A stretch of 64,000 nt of DNA, taken from an uncultured Phascolarctobacterium sp. (GTDB lineage Bacteria > Bacillota > Negativicutes > Acidaminococcales > Acidaminococcaceae). Shown here in pieces: positions 56,529-64,000 of the stretch. The position numbers and the translations under genes were made by a program. The stretch is taken from contig CASDXO010000001.1 in assembly GCA_949285135.1 (NCBI GenBank), forward strand, positions 70,698-134,697. Direction: 5' to 3'. The notes beneath the pieces were generated by a model. The model was not told the origin of the DNA, did no database searches, and worked only from the letters and a program-made list of their open reading frames with translations. The first letter of the stretch is position 1. Each line of letters opens with the position of its first letter.

Positions 56529-57479
56529 ATGTGGCAGAAGAAAATGGCCGTTGCCGCAGCGGCTGTCTATCTTTTTGGTATTGGCAGCATGGCTGAGGCT
56601 TCCGCACCGGTAGTGGTTTCCAACAAACCGCTTTCTGTGAGTGTTGCCGACGGCAGCAGGACACCCTATACAGTGGGCAGCAGTGTTACAGGCAGCAAGT
56701 CCGCTGTGGTAAAAAGCACCAGGAGCACAGATAAAAAAGCAAAAAGTAAGAGCGATAAAAAAGATAAAAAAGCTGCGGAACAAAAATCTGCAGAGAATCA
56801 GAAAATAAGCGTAAATAAATCTACGGTATTTGCCAATATCGAGCTGCCGGAAAACTATAAGGATATCAGTATCTACGGCGATTCGGTAGCCACCAAAGGG
56901 CAGGCTGTAGCCGTAATCAAACAGTATAATCCTGATGTGCAGCTGGCCTGCAGTGTGGAAGAACTGGTAGATTTGTACTGGCAGGAGGCTGAGCGCGAGG
57001 GCGTAAGACCTGATTTGGCACTGGCACAGGCATTGGTAGAAACAGGCTTTTTCCGTTATGGGGGCGACGTGCACCATAACCAGAATAACTTCTGCGGTCT
57101 TGGCACTACCGGCAACGGCGTGAAAGGAGCTGCTTTCAAGACGCCGGAAATAGGCGTACGTGCCCATATCCAGCATCTTCTGGCTTATACTCAGAAAAAA
57201 CGTCCTTCCACCAAGATTGTTGACCCCCGCTACGAGCTGGCGCATAATATCCGTCTGGAGCGTGGCGTAGTTGATACATGGTACGGACTGAACGGTACCT
57301 GGGCTATGGGCTCCAACTATTGCGAAAAGATTATGGTAAACTATCAGCGGATGCTGGCGATGCAGGCGACAGATACAGAAAAAGAAGAACAGCAGGAAGC
57401 AAAGAAAACTGCTGATAATAAGACCAATCCGCACAGGATGCGCGACCTGGTAGAAAAAATACTGCGCGGCGATCATTAG
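56529..57479 (+). CDS. secreted glucosaminidase-domain peptidoglycan hydrolase (GH73-like)
   Basis: 316 aa. Signal peptide, a Lys-rich linker, then LALAQALVETGFFRYGG...NNFCGLG...HIQHLLAY, typical of the mannosyl-glycoprotein endo-beta-N-acetylglucosaminidase domain. Confidence 0.82.
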   Translation: MWQKKMAVAAAAVYLFGIGSMAEASAPVVVSNKPLSVSVADGSRTPYTVGSSVTGSKSAVVKSTRSTDKKAKSKSDKKDKKAAEQKSAENQKISVNKSTVFANIELPENYKDISIYGDSVATKGQAVAVIKQYNPDVQLACSVEELVDLYWQEAEREGVRPDLALAQALVETGFFRYGGDVHHNQNNFCGLGTTGNGVKGAAFKTPEIGVRAHIQHLLAYTQKKRPSTKIVDPRYELAHNIRLERGVVDTWYGLNGTWAMGSNYCEKIMVNYQRMLAMQATDTEKEEQQEAKKTADNKTNPHRMRDLVEKILRGDH

Positions 57480-57485
57480 ACAGAC

Positions 57486-57517
57486 AGTGCACAGCTTTGG
57501 GGCTGTGCACTTTGATT
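57486..57517 (+). terminator. intrinsic terminator after the glucosaminidase gene
   Basis: AGTGCACAGC-TTTGG-GCTGTGCACT followed by TTGATTT. Confidence 0.8.
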
Positions 57518-57550
57518 TAGAGAAAAAGAAAGCTTTTTGAGGTGATGAGA

Positions 57551-58015
57551 ATGCATATCGTATTAGTTGAGCCGGAAATTCCCGGCAATACCGGCAATAT
57601 TGCCCGTCTGTGTGCGGCTACTGGCTGCCATCTGCATCTGGTACGTCCGCTGGGATTTTCCGTAGAAGATAAATATTTAAAGCGTGCCGGACTGGACTAC
57701 TGGCATCTGGTGGATATCCATTATTATGACAGCGTGTATGAGGTTTTAGAAAAATATAAGGACAATCCTAAATATCTGCTGACGACGAAAGCGCATAAAT
57801 CTTACACTGAGGTGCATTACGCGCCGGACAGCCTGCTGATTTTCGGCAAGGAGACCGCGGGTCTGCCGGAAAAACTGCGCAACGAATATCCTGAAGGCTG
57901 CGTACGCATCCCCATGATTGCGGAAGCACGTTCGCTGAATCTTTCCAATTCTGTGGCTATCGTAGCCTACGAAGCGCTGCGTCAGCAGGATAATTTTGCT
58001 GGACTGACCGTATAA
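57551..58015 (+). CDS. trmL: tRNA (cytidine/uridine34-2'-O)-methyltransferase TrmL (SpoU/TrmH family)
   Basis: 154 aa. MHIVLVEPEIPGNTGNIARLCAATG, IFGKETAGLP, SLNLSNSVAIVAYEA. ATG 57551 lies 6 nt after GAGGTGA. Confidence 0.92.
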   Translation: MHIVLVEPEIPGNTGNIARLCAATGCHLHLVRPLGFSVEDKYLKRAGLDYWHLVDIHYYDSVYEVLEKYKDNPKYLLTTKAHKSYTEVHYAPDSLLIFGKETAGLPEKLRNEYPEGCVRIPMIAEARSLNLSNSVAIVAYEALRQQDNFAGLTV

Positions 58016-58026
58016 GGAGTAGAAAC

Positions 58027-58383
58027 ATGATTATTATCAAAGAATTTGATTTCGATGCGGCTCACTATCTGCCTGCCTATAACGGCAAGTGCGAGCATCT
58101 GCACGGACATACCTACAAGCTGGTAGTTAAGGTGGAGGGCAAGCCTGACCATGAGGGCATGGTCATCGATTTTATCAAACTGAAAAATATCGTCAAGCAG
58201 GAAGTTTTACAGCAGCTGGATCACGCCTGCCTGAATGACATTATTCCCGTGCCGTCTGCGGAGAATATTTCTGTCTGGGTATGGGATAAGCTGGCAGGGC
58301 TTTTAAAAACAGAGCGTTATCACTTATATGAAGTAGAAGTTTGGGAAACGCGTACCAGCGGGTGCGTTTACAGAGGTGAATGA
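58027..58383 (+). CDS. queD: 6-carboxy-5,6,7,8-tetrahydropterin synthase / PTPS family protein
   Basis: 118 aa. FDFDAAHYLP, CEHLHGH (CxxxHGH), LDHACLND. It is collinear with E. coli QueD. Confidence 0.88.
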   Translation: MIIIKEFDFDAAHYLPAYNGKCEHLHGHTYKLVVKVEGKPDHEGMVIDFIKLKNIVKQEVLQQLDHACLNDIIPVPSAENISVWVWDKLAGLLKTERYHLYEVEVWETRTSGCVYRGE

Positions 58384-59152
58384 GTTGAAGGATGTACAGG
58401 GAGAAAAGGATCTGCGCCGCGTGCCGCTCAAGCATGTAGGCATCAAGGATCTGCGCTGGCCCATCGTGCTGCGGGACAGGGAAAAGGGAACGCAGCACAC
58501 TGTGGCAAAAGTAACGCTGGCAGTGGATTTGCCGCACGACATGCGCGGCACCCATATGAGCCGCTTTGTCGAATGTCTGCAGACACTGGGGCCGGTAGGT
58601 TTAAATGAGATTGAAAGCATACTTGATACTTTAAAAAGCAGGCTGCAGGCAGAAAAAGCCTTCCTGCAGCTGGAGTTTCCCTATTTTCTGACCAAGAGCG
58701 CGCCGGTCAGCGGGCAGACTGCGCCCATGGATATTGACTGCGTGTACAGGGCGGAAAAGGACGATACTTTCAGGCTGCGTGTAGGTGCGGTGGTGCCTAT
58801 CCAGACATTGTGCCCCTGTTCCAAGGAAATCAGTGCATACGGAGCTCATAATCAGCGTGCTTTTGCCAAAATTGAGCTAAAAGCCCATGAGCTGATCTGG
58901 CTGGAAGAAATTGCCGCTGTTGCCGATGCAGGAGCCAGTGCTCCTGTTTACGGACTGCTGAAACGACCTGACGAAAAATTTGTTACGGAAAAGGCTTACG
59001 ACAATCCCCGTTTTGTCGAGGATGCCGTGCGGGAAATCGCCCTGCGTCTGGAAGAAGACGACCGTATCGACTGGTATCGGGCCGAAGTGGAGAGTGTGGA
59101 AAGCATCCACAACCATAATGCCTTTGCCGTAGTGGAAAAAGGATGGAAATAA
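58376..59152 (+). CDS. folE2: GTP cyclohydrolase IB (FolE2/MptA family)
   Basis: 258 aa. GTHMSRF, LCPCSKEIS, HNHNAFA. GTG 58376 overlaps the queD stop. TTG 58385 is an alternative start. Confidence 0.9.
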   Translation: MNELKDVQGEKDLRRVPLKHVGIKDLRWPIVLRDREKGTQHTVAKVTLAVDLPHDMRGTHMSRFVECLQTLGPVGLNEIESILDTLKSRLQAEKAFLQLEFPYFLTKSAPVSGQTAPMDIDCVYRAEKDDTFRLRVGAVVPIQTLCPCSKEISAYGAHNQRAFAKIELKAHELIWLEEIAAVADAGASAPVYGLLKRPDEKFVTEKAYDNPRFVEDAVREIALRLEEDDRIDWYRAEVESVESIHNHNAFAVVEKGWK

Positions 59153-59155
59153 GCC

Positions 59156-60349
59156 ATGCTGCTGAAATTAAGTAAGGAAGCGCTGCCGGAAGCTATTGCG
59201 GCACTGGGAGTACATCCTGATAGTTTGCCGATTTTTGCTGCCAAGAGCAGCATCCTGCCGTTAAAGCTGACGCAGGTTCGCACACCGGCAGCCAATATTA
59301 TCAAGCAGGAAATGCTGGCTGCAGGCGGTGACGCTGCCGTGCCTTCCGGCTGCATTACCTGTGCGGAAAAGTATGTCGATATCGTTCTGTTGGGTACAGT
59401 CAAGCATTACCGTCTGCTGCTGGCTAAATTGGCGCGAATGCCTTATTTTGGCATAGATAAAATCAAAGCGGAGCTGCAGGCGGTGCTGCGTCCTGCCGAG
59501 CTGAAGACCGTACTGGCGGACGGACGCCAGCTGACCTATGAGAAAATGTGCATCATGGGTATCTTAAATATTACGCCGGACTCTTTTTATGCCGGCTCCC
59601 GTGTGGACAATCTGCAGGAGGTTGTGCGCCGTGCCGGCAAGATGCTGGAAGAGGGTGCAGGCATCCTTGATATTGGCGGGGAGTCCACCCGTCCCGGCAG
59701 CGACAGTGTGAGCGCAGCAGAAGAACAAGAGCGCGTACTGCCTGTTATCGAAGCTGTGCGCCGTGCTTATCCCGAGGCGGTAATTTCGGTAGATACTTAC
59801 CGGGCTGCTACTGCCAAAGCCGCTTTAGCTGCCGGTGCTGACATCATTAACGACATCAGCGCCATGGAAGCCGATGCAGCAATGCTGCCACTGGTTGCTG
59901 AAAGTAACGTGCCGATTATCCTTATGCATATGCGCGGTACGCCGAAAAACATGCAGCAGAACTGCCAGTATGAGGACGTAGTGGAAGAAGTGGCTGCGTA
60001 TCTGGCGCAGCGGGCTGAACTGCTGCGCAATGCCGGTGTCGGTGCGGATAAAATCATCCTTGATCCGGGTATCGGCTTTGCCAAAGACGTGCGGCAGAAT
60101 CTGCTTTTGATGCGCGATTTAAAGGCACTGACGGGACTTGGCTATCCCGTGTTGCTGGCGGCTTCGCGCAAGAGCACCATAGGTGCGGTATTGGGGAATA
60201 TTCCGGCAGAAGAACGGCTGCCAGGCACCCTGGCGCTGAGCTGCCAGGCTGTTTATGCCGGTGCACAGTTGGTGCGTGTTCATGACGTACGGGAAAATCT
60301 GCAGGCAGTGCGGATGCTGGAGGCGGTTTTATGTCCAGAGCGTATATAG
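59156..60349 (+). CDS. folP: dihydropteroate synthase with a ~117-aa N-terminal extension
   Basis: 397 aa. The pterin-binding domain starts near IMGILNITPDSFYAG, followed by DIGGESTRPG, INDISA and DPGIGFAK. Confidence 0.92.
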   Translation: MLLKLSKEALPEAIAALGVHPDSLPIFAAKSSILPLKLTQVRTPAANIIKQEMLAAGGDAAVPSGCITCAEKYVDIVLLGTVKHYRLLLAKLARMPYFGIDKIKAELQAVLRPAELKTVLADGRQLTYEKMCIMGILNITPDSFYAGSRVDNLQEVVRRAGKMLEEGAGILDIGGESTRPGSDSVSAAEEQERVLPVIEAVRRAYPEAVISVDTYRAATAKAALAAGADIINDISAMEADAAMLPLVAESNVPIILMHMRGTPKNMQQNCQYEDVVEEVAAYLAQRAELLRNAGVGADKIILDPGIGFAKDVRQNLLLMRDLKALTGLGYPVLLAASRKSTIGAVLGNIPAEERLPGTLALSCQAVYAGAQLVRVHDVRENLQAVRMLEAVLCPERI

Positions 60350-60816
60350 CACTTGGCAGCAATTTAGGGGACAGGCAGCAGAACTTGCAGCGGGCACTGC
60401 ACTTGCTGGCTGAGCAGGGTATTAAAATTGTAAAAGTTTCCTCTTTTATTGAAACGGAGCCTTATGGCGTTACCGACCAGCCCGCCTTTTTAAACGGCGT
60501 CTGCTGCGTGGAAACAGAACTGGCACCGTTAGCACTGCTGGAACTGCTGCTGGCAACGGAACGGCAGATGGGACGTGTGCGACTGCGCCACTGGGGCGAG
60601 CGCAATATTGATTTGGATTTGCTGCTGTATGAAGATATCTGTCTGACAGGCGAAAAATTGACGCTGCCGCATCCAGATATGCAGAACAGAGATTTTGTGC
60701 TGCTGCCGCTGGCAGAAATTGCGCCGGACTTGCTGCATCCTGTACTCAAAAAGACTATTGCGCAGCTGAAAGATGATTTATTAAAACAAAGTGGAAGTGA
60801 TAATAATGTTGGATAA
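60331..60816 (+). CDS. folK: 2-amino-4-hydroxy-6-hydroxymethyldihydropteridine diphosphokinase (HPPK)
   Basis: 161 aa. AYIALGSNLGD, RHWGERNIDLDLL, LPHPDMQNRDFVLLPLAEI. Confidence 0.93.
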   Translation: MSRAYIALGSNLGDRQQNLQRALHLLAEQGIKIVKVSSFIETEPYGVTDQPAFLNGVCCVETELAPLALLELLLATERQMGRVRLRHWGERNIDLDLLLYEDICLTGEKLTLPHPDMQNRDFVLLPLAEIAPDLLHPVLKKTIAQLKDDLLKQSGSDNNVG

Positions 60817-62020
60817 CGAAAAGCTGCTGCAGCGTTTCCAAAGCTACGTTGCTTTTGATACGGCTTCTGACGATAAGGCAGGCTGTTTTCCCAGTACAGC
60901 CAAACAGCTTGTACTGGCTGATTTTTTGGCTAAAGAGCTTAAAGAGTTAGGTTTGTACTCCGTCGAGGTAACAGAATATGGCTATGTGCTGGCAACCCTG
61001 CCTGCCAATACCGGCTGCTGCCCGGTGATAGGGCTGGTGGCGCACATGGATACCAGCTGCGAAGCAAGCGGAGCTAACGTGCAGCTGCAGGTGCACCGCA
61101 ACTTTGACGGTAAAGATATCAGACTGAATGCTGAAAATGTTTTATCAGCGGAAGAATTCCCGGAACTGCTCAATTATATAGGACAGGATATTATAACTTC
61201 TGACGGTACCACGCTGCTGGGTGCGGACGATAAGGCAGGCATCTGCGCTATTGTCTCGGCCTGTGAATATCTGCTGCAGCATCCGGAAATATTGCATGGC
61301 AAGGTGGTACTTTGCTTTACACCTGATGAGGAAGTCGGCAGAGGTACCGAGCATTTTCCTTTGGATAAATTCAAGGTGGATTTTGCCTATACCGTTGACG
61401 GCGGCGCGCTGGGCGAGCTGAACTACGAAACCTTCAATGCCTGCAATGCTAATGTTGTTTTCCACGGGGTATCAGTGCATCCAGGCAGCAGCAAGCATAA
61501 GATGCGTAATGCCGTAACCATGGCTGCCGAGTGGCAGATGGCGCTGCCGGCAGGTGAAAGACCGGAATATACCGAAGGCTACGAAGGATTTTATCATACG
61601 CTGCGCATTAACGGCGGCACTGATAAAGTAGAAATTGATATGATTCTGCGTGACCATGATGCTGAGGTTTTAGCCAAGCGCAAACAGTTTTTGCTTGATT
61701 TGGCCGTTTTTATGAATAAAAAATATGGCGTCGGCACGGTAGAATGTACGCTGACAAATTGTTACCGCAATATGAAAGAATATATTACGCCGGTGTACGA
61801 GATAGTAGAGCGGGCGAAAAACGCCATGCTGCAGGCAGGCGTACAGCCTGTCATCGTGCCCGTGCGTGGCGGTACCGATGGCTCCAGACTTTCGGAGATG
61901 GGTTTGCCCTGTCCCAATCTTTTTACAGGCGGGCATAACTTCCACGGACGCTTTGAATACCTGCCGCTGCAGTCCTTGAGCAAGATTACGGAAGTATTGG
62001 TAAATCTGGTGCAGAAATAA
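60806..62020 (+). CDS. pepT: peptidase T (tripeptide aminopeptidase, M20B)
   Basis: 404 aa. LLQRFQSYVAFDT, GLVAHMDT, LGADDKAGI, FTPDEEVG, GGTDGS. Confidence 0.93.
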   Translation: MLDNEKLLQRFQSYVAFDTASDDKAGCFPSTAKQLVLADFLAKELKELGLYSVEVTEYGYVLATLPANTGCCPVIGLVAHMDTSCEASGANVQLQVHRNFDGKDIRLNAENVLSAEEFPELLNYIGQDIITSDGTTLLGADDKAGICAIVSACEYLLQHPEILHGKVVLCFTPDEEVGRGTEHFPLDKFKVDFAYTVDGGALGELNYETFNACNANVVFHGVSVHPGSSKHKMRNAVTMAAEWQMALPAGERPEYTEGYEGFYHTLRINGGTDKVEIDMILRDHDAEVLAKRKQFLLDLAVFMNKKYGVGTVECTLTNCYRNMKEYITPVYEIVERAKNAMLQAGVQPVIVPVRGGTDGSRLSEMGLPCPNLFTGGHNFHGRFEYLPLQSLSKITEVLVNLVQK

Positions 62021-62040
62021 AAAATAAATATATGAATATG

Positions 62041-62078
62041 AAAAACCTGTAAAGAAATTTCTTTACAGGTTTTTTTTA
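62041..62078. terminator. bidirectional terminator between pepT and the small acidic protein gene
   Basis: AAAAACCTGTAAAGAAATTTCTTTACAGGTTTTTTTT. Confidence 0.85.
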
Positions 62079-62306
62079 TCAGTCCCAGCGTTTAAGCATA
62101 TCTTCTATTATTTCCTTATTGGTTTTGCGACGCTTTTTTTCGTAGTTGCGGAAATTATTGTCCCGGTGGTCGGTAGAATAATCCGCATAGTCAAAATCGT
62201 CGTAGTTTCTTTCATAGCTGCGGTTGTAATCACCGTGGCCATCGTCAAAAAAGAGCGGCATTTGGCACTCTGTTTGTGCAGGGTGGATGTTTAGAGCAGG
62301 CATCAT
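62079..62306 (-). CDS. small Asp/Tyr/Asn-rich protein, unknown function
   Basis: 75 aa. Strong SD (AAGGAGGG) 5 nt upstream, its own promoter and its own terminator. I recognised no family. Confidence 0.6.
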   Translation of the reverse strand: MMPALNIHPAQTECQMPLFFDDGHGDYNRSYERNYDDFDYADYSTDHRDNNFRNYEKKRRKTNKEIIEDMLKRWD

Positions 62307-62332
62307 ATTTTCCCTCCTTAATTATTACTAAT

Positions 62333-62360
62333 ATTTTACCATTTTTGACGCTGTTGGCAA
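62333..62360 (-). promoter_or_regulatory. candidate promoter of the small acidic protein gene
   Basis: On the minus strand: TTGCCA (62360-62355), a 16-nt spacer, then TGg-TAAAAT (-10 at 62338-62333). Confidence 0.5.
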
Positions 62361-62527
62361 GACGTATTGGATATGGGTGCCGGGTGCAGAAGATATTAAT
62401 ATGCGCAGGATTCTCTTGGATGCCCTTATGGCAGGAAATTTATAATTTTGGTAGAAAATATATAAAGATAGCGGTAGGCGCCTAAATAAAAATTGTAAAT
62501 TTTATTGCAGTTTTTGTGCGAAATATC

Positions 62528-62556
62528 TTGAATGAGCGTCGTAAATATGATATAGT
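62528..62556 (+). promoter_or_regulatory. candidate ppsA promoter
   Basis: TTGAAT (62528-62533), a 17-nt spacer, then TGa-TATAGT (62548-62556). Confidence 0.5.
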
Positions 62557-62610
62557 ATACACTATATTAAGGGCGCGAGCCGAATATGATATCACAAAGG
62601 AGCTAAAATC

Positions 62611-64000
62611 ATGGAAAAAGAAAATCAATTCCTTCTCTGGTTCGAACAGCTGGAACGAGAAGACGTGGCTATTGTTGGCGGTAAGTCCTCCTCTTTGGGT
62701 GAAATGACTGCTAAAGTTGATGTGCCGGTGCCTTATGGTTTTGCTACCACTGCTTATGCTTACAGATACTTCTTTGAAAAAAGCGGTCTGCAGGAAGAAG
62801 TTCGTGCGCTTGTCGCAGAGCTGACCGACGTTGAAAACAGTGCTTTGCTGCGTGACGTATGCGCACGTATCCGCAAAGCAATTATGGATAAAGAAATGCC
62901 TAAAGACCTGCAGGACGCTATTGCTGCTGCTTATGAAGAATTAGGCGAAAAAATGGGTATCGAACAGCCGTATGTTGCCGTTCGCAGCAGCGCTACTGCG
63001 GAAGACCTGCCGGATGCAAGCTTTGCAGGCCAGCAGGATACCTACCTGAACGTACAGGGTGCACAGACCATTATCGCTAAAGTTAAGGAATGCTATGCTT
63101 CCTGCTTTACCGACCGCGCTGTATACTACCGTGAAAAACAGGGCTTTGATCATCTGGATGTAGCACTGAGTGCTGCTGTACAGATGATGGTATTCTCCAA
63201 AGCTGCAGGCGTTATGTTCACTGTTAACGTTGCTACCGGCGATGACAGAAACATCCTTATCGAAGGTGCCTGGGGTCTGGGCGAATATGTAGTTCAGGGT
63301 ACTGTAACTCCGGATAACTATACTGTTTCCAAAGCTGAACATAAGATTCTCGAAAAGAATGTTAATGTACAGGATGTTAAACTGGTACGTAAAGCCGGCG
63401 GCGACTGCGAAGAGCAGATGGTACCGCTGGATGAACAAAACCAGCAGAAACTGACTGATGAACAGATTCTGGAACTGGCAGGCTATGCTAAGAAAATTGA
63501 AGAGCATTATGGCTGCTACATGGATATGGAATGGGGCGTTGATGAACGCGACAATAAAATCTGGATTCTCCAGGCTCGTCCTGAAACCGTATGGAGCCGC
63601 CGCAATAAGGAAAATGGCGGTGCTCCGAAACAGGAAGCTCCGAAAGTAGCGGCTGCTGACCGCAAAGTAATTGTTAAAGGTCTGCCTGCAAGCCCGGGCA
63701 ATGTTTCCGGCAGAGTACACGTTATCCTTGATCCTTCCCGCATCGACGAATTCAAGGAAGGCGAAATCCTTGTTACTGAAATGACCGCTCCTGACTGGGT
63801 ACCGGCTATGAAGAAAGCGAAAGCTATCGTTACCGACAGCGGCGGAATGACCTGCCATGCATCTATCGTTAGCCGCGAACTGGGTATTCCATGTATCGTA
63901 GGTACCAAGAGCCGCGGTGAAGCTGCTACTACCACTATTCCTGACGGCATTGATGTAACTGTTGACGCAACTCATGGCGTTGTTTACGAAGGTATTATTG
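62611..64000 (+). CDS. ppsA: phosphoenolpyruvate synthase (pyruvate, water dikinase), N-terminal ~463 aa (3' end outside the window)
   Basis: My own translation gives MEKENQFLLWFEQLEREDVAIVGGKSSSLGEM... and further on GGMTCHASIVSRELGIPCIVGT (phospho-His domain). AAGGAG lies 8 nt upstream. It is open to the end of the window, which is why the ORF track does not list it. Confidence 0.92.
   Translation, partial: MEKENQFLLWFEQLEREDVAIVGGKSSSLGEMTAKVDVPVPYGFATTAYAYRYFFEKSGLQEEVRALVAELTDVENSALLRDVCARIRKAIMDKEMPKDLQDAIAAAYEELGEKMGIEQPYVAVRSSATAEDLPDASFAGQQDTYLNVQGAQTIIAKVKECYASCFTDRAVYYREKQGFDHLDVALSAAVQMMVFSKAAGVMFTVNVATGDDRNILIEGAWGLGEYVVQGTVTPDNYTVSKAEHKILEKNVNVQDVKLVRKAGGDCEEQMVPLDEQNQQKLTDEQILELAGYAKKIEEHYGCYMDMEWGVDERDNKIWILQARPETVWSRRNKENGGAPKQEAPKVAAADRKVIVKGLPASPGNVSGRVHVILDPSRIDEFKEGEILVTEMTAPDWVPAMKKAKAIVTDSGGMTCHASIVSRELGIPCIVGTKSRGEAATTTIPDGIDVTVDATHGVVYEGII

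Noticed and set aside
62276-62707. Track ORFs 62276-62485 (+) and 62516-62707 (+) in the ppsA upstream region.
   Set aside because: The first starts inside the oppositely oriented small gene and has no SD. The second overlaps the well-supported ppsA start (62611, AAGGAG SD) in another frame.
1-64000. Search for rRNA or tRNA genes, CRISPR arrays, IS elements, integrases, prophage genes, toxin-antitoxin pairs and recognisable defence systems.
   Set aside because: I found none. There are no cloverleaf-like conserved tRNA segments in the intergenic regions, no regularly spaced direct repeats and no transposase- or integrase-like ORFs. All ORFs over 100 aa are accounted for by the calls above or by antisense artefacts. 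A dedicated tRNAscan, CRISPR or Rfam run would be needed to be certain.

Overview
This is a chromosomal, mostly housekeeping segment of a Bacillota-type genome with roughly balanced GC by eye. The gene order is classic Firmicutes: lepA-hemW-hrcA-grpE-dnaK-dnaJ behind a perfect CIRCE, phoH-ybeY-cdd-era-recO-glyQS behind a glycine T-box, and AddAB. I suspect a Negativicutes- or Clostridia-like anaerobe, but I cannot verify that from this window. All family calls come from reading motifs in the supplied translations; no database search was run. Left to right: a partial hypothetical gene, transaldolase, a secreted protein of unknown function, an AlkD-like repair gene, nfo and a DUF1858 gene. A trimmed dcw cluster follows: mraZ-rsmH-ftsL-murE-murF-mraY-murD-murG-murC-ddl-ftsQ-DUF881-sbp-ftsZ. 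Next come nrdR, rpsT, a nitroreductase gene and the lepA-to-dnaJ block. An accessory patch follows (ogt, a Crp/Fnr regulator, a DASS permease, an alpha/beta hydrolase and a lipoprotein cyclophilin), then the phoH-to-glyQS block and addB-addA. A compositionally atypical patch carries a five-gene Opp/Dpp-type ABC operon and a secreted PepD. The remainder is a C_GCAxxG_C_C protein gene, a UPF0173 hydrolase gene, a glucosaminidase gene, trmL, queD-folE2-folP-folK, pepT, a small acidic protein gene and the 5' part of ppsA. I saw no rRNA, tRNA, CRISPR, transposase, integrase or phage genes. Best leads: (1) three perfect TGTTGC-N4-GCAACA palindromes confined to the two intergenic regions flanking the Crp/Fnr gene, two of them at class II (-41.5) geometry, one in front of the DASS permease and one in front of a candidate ~100-nt terminated RNA upstream of ogt; (2) a dcw cluster lacking ftsI, ftsW and ftsA, with a terminator-like hairpin where ftsI is expected; (3) a folate cluster without folB but with a QueD/PTPS homolog and FolE2; (4) a probable acquired peptide-uptake patch. 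I found no clear defence, toxin or mobile system.
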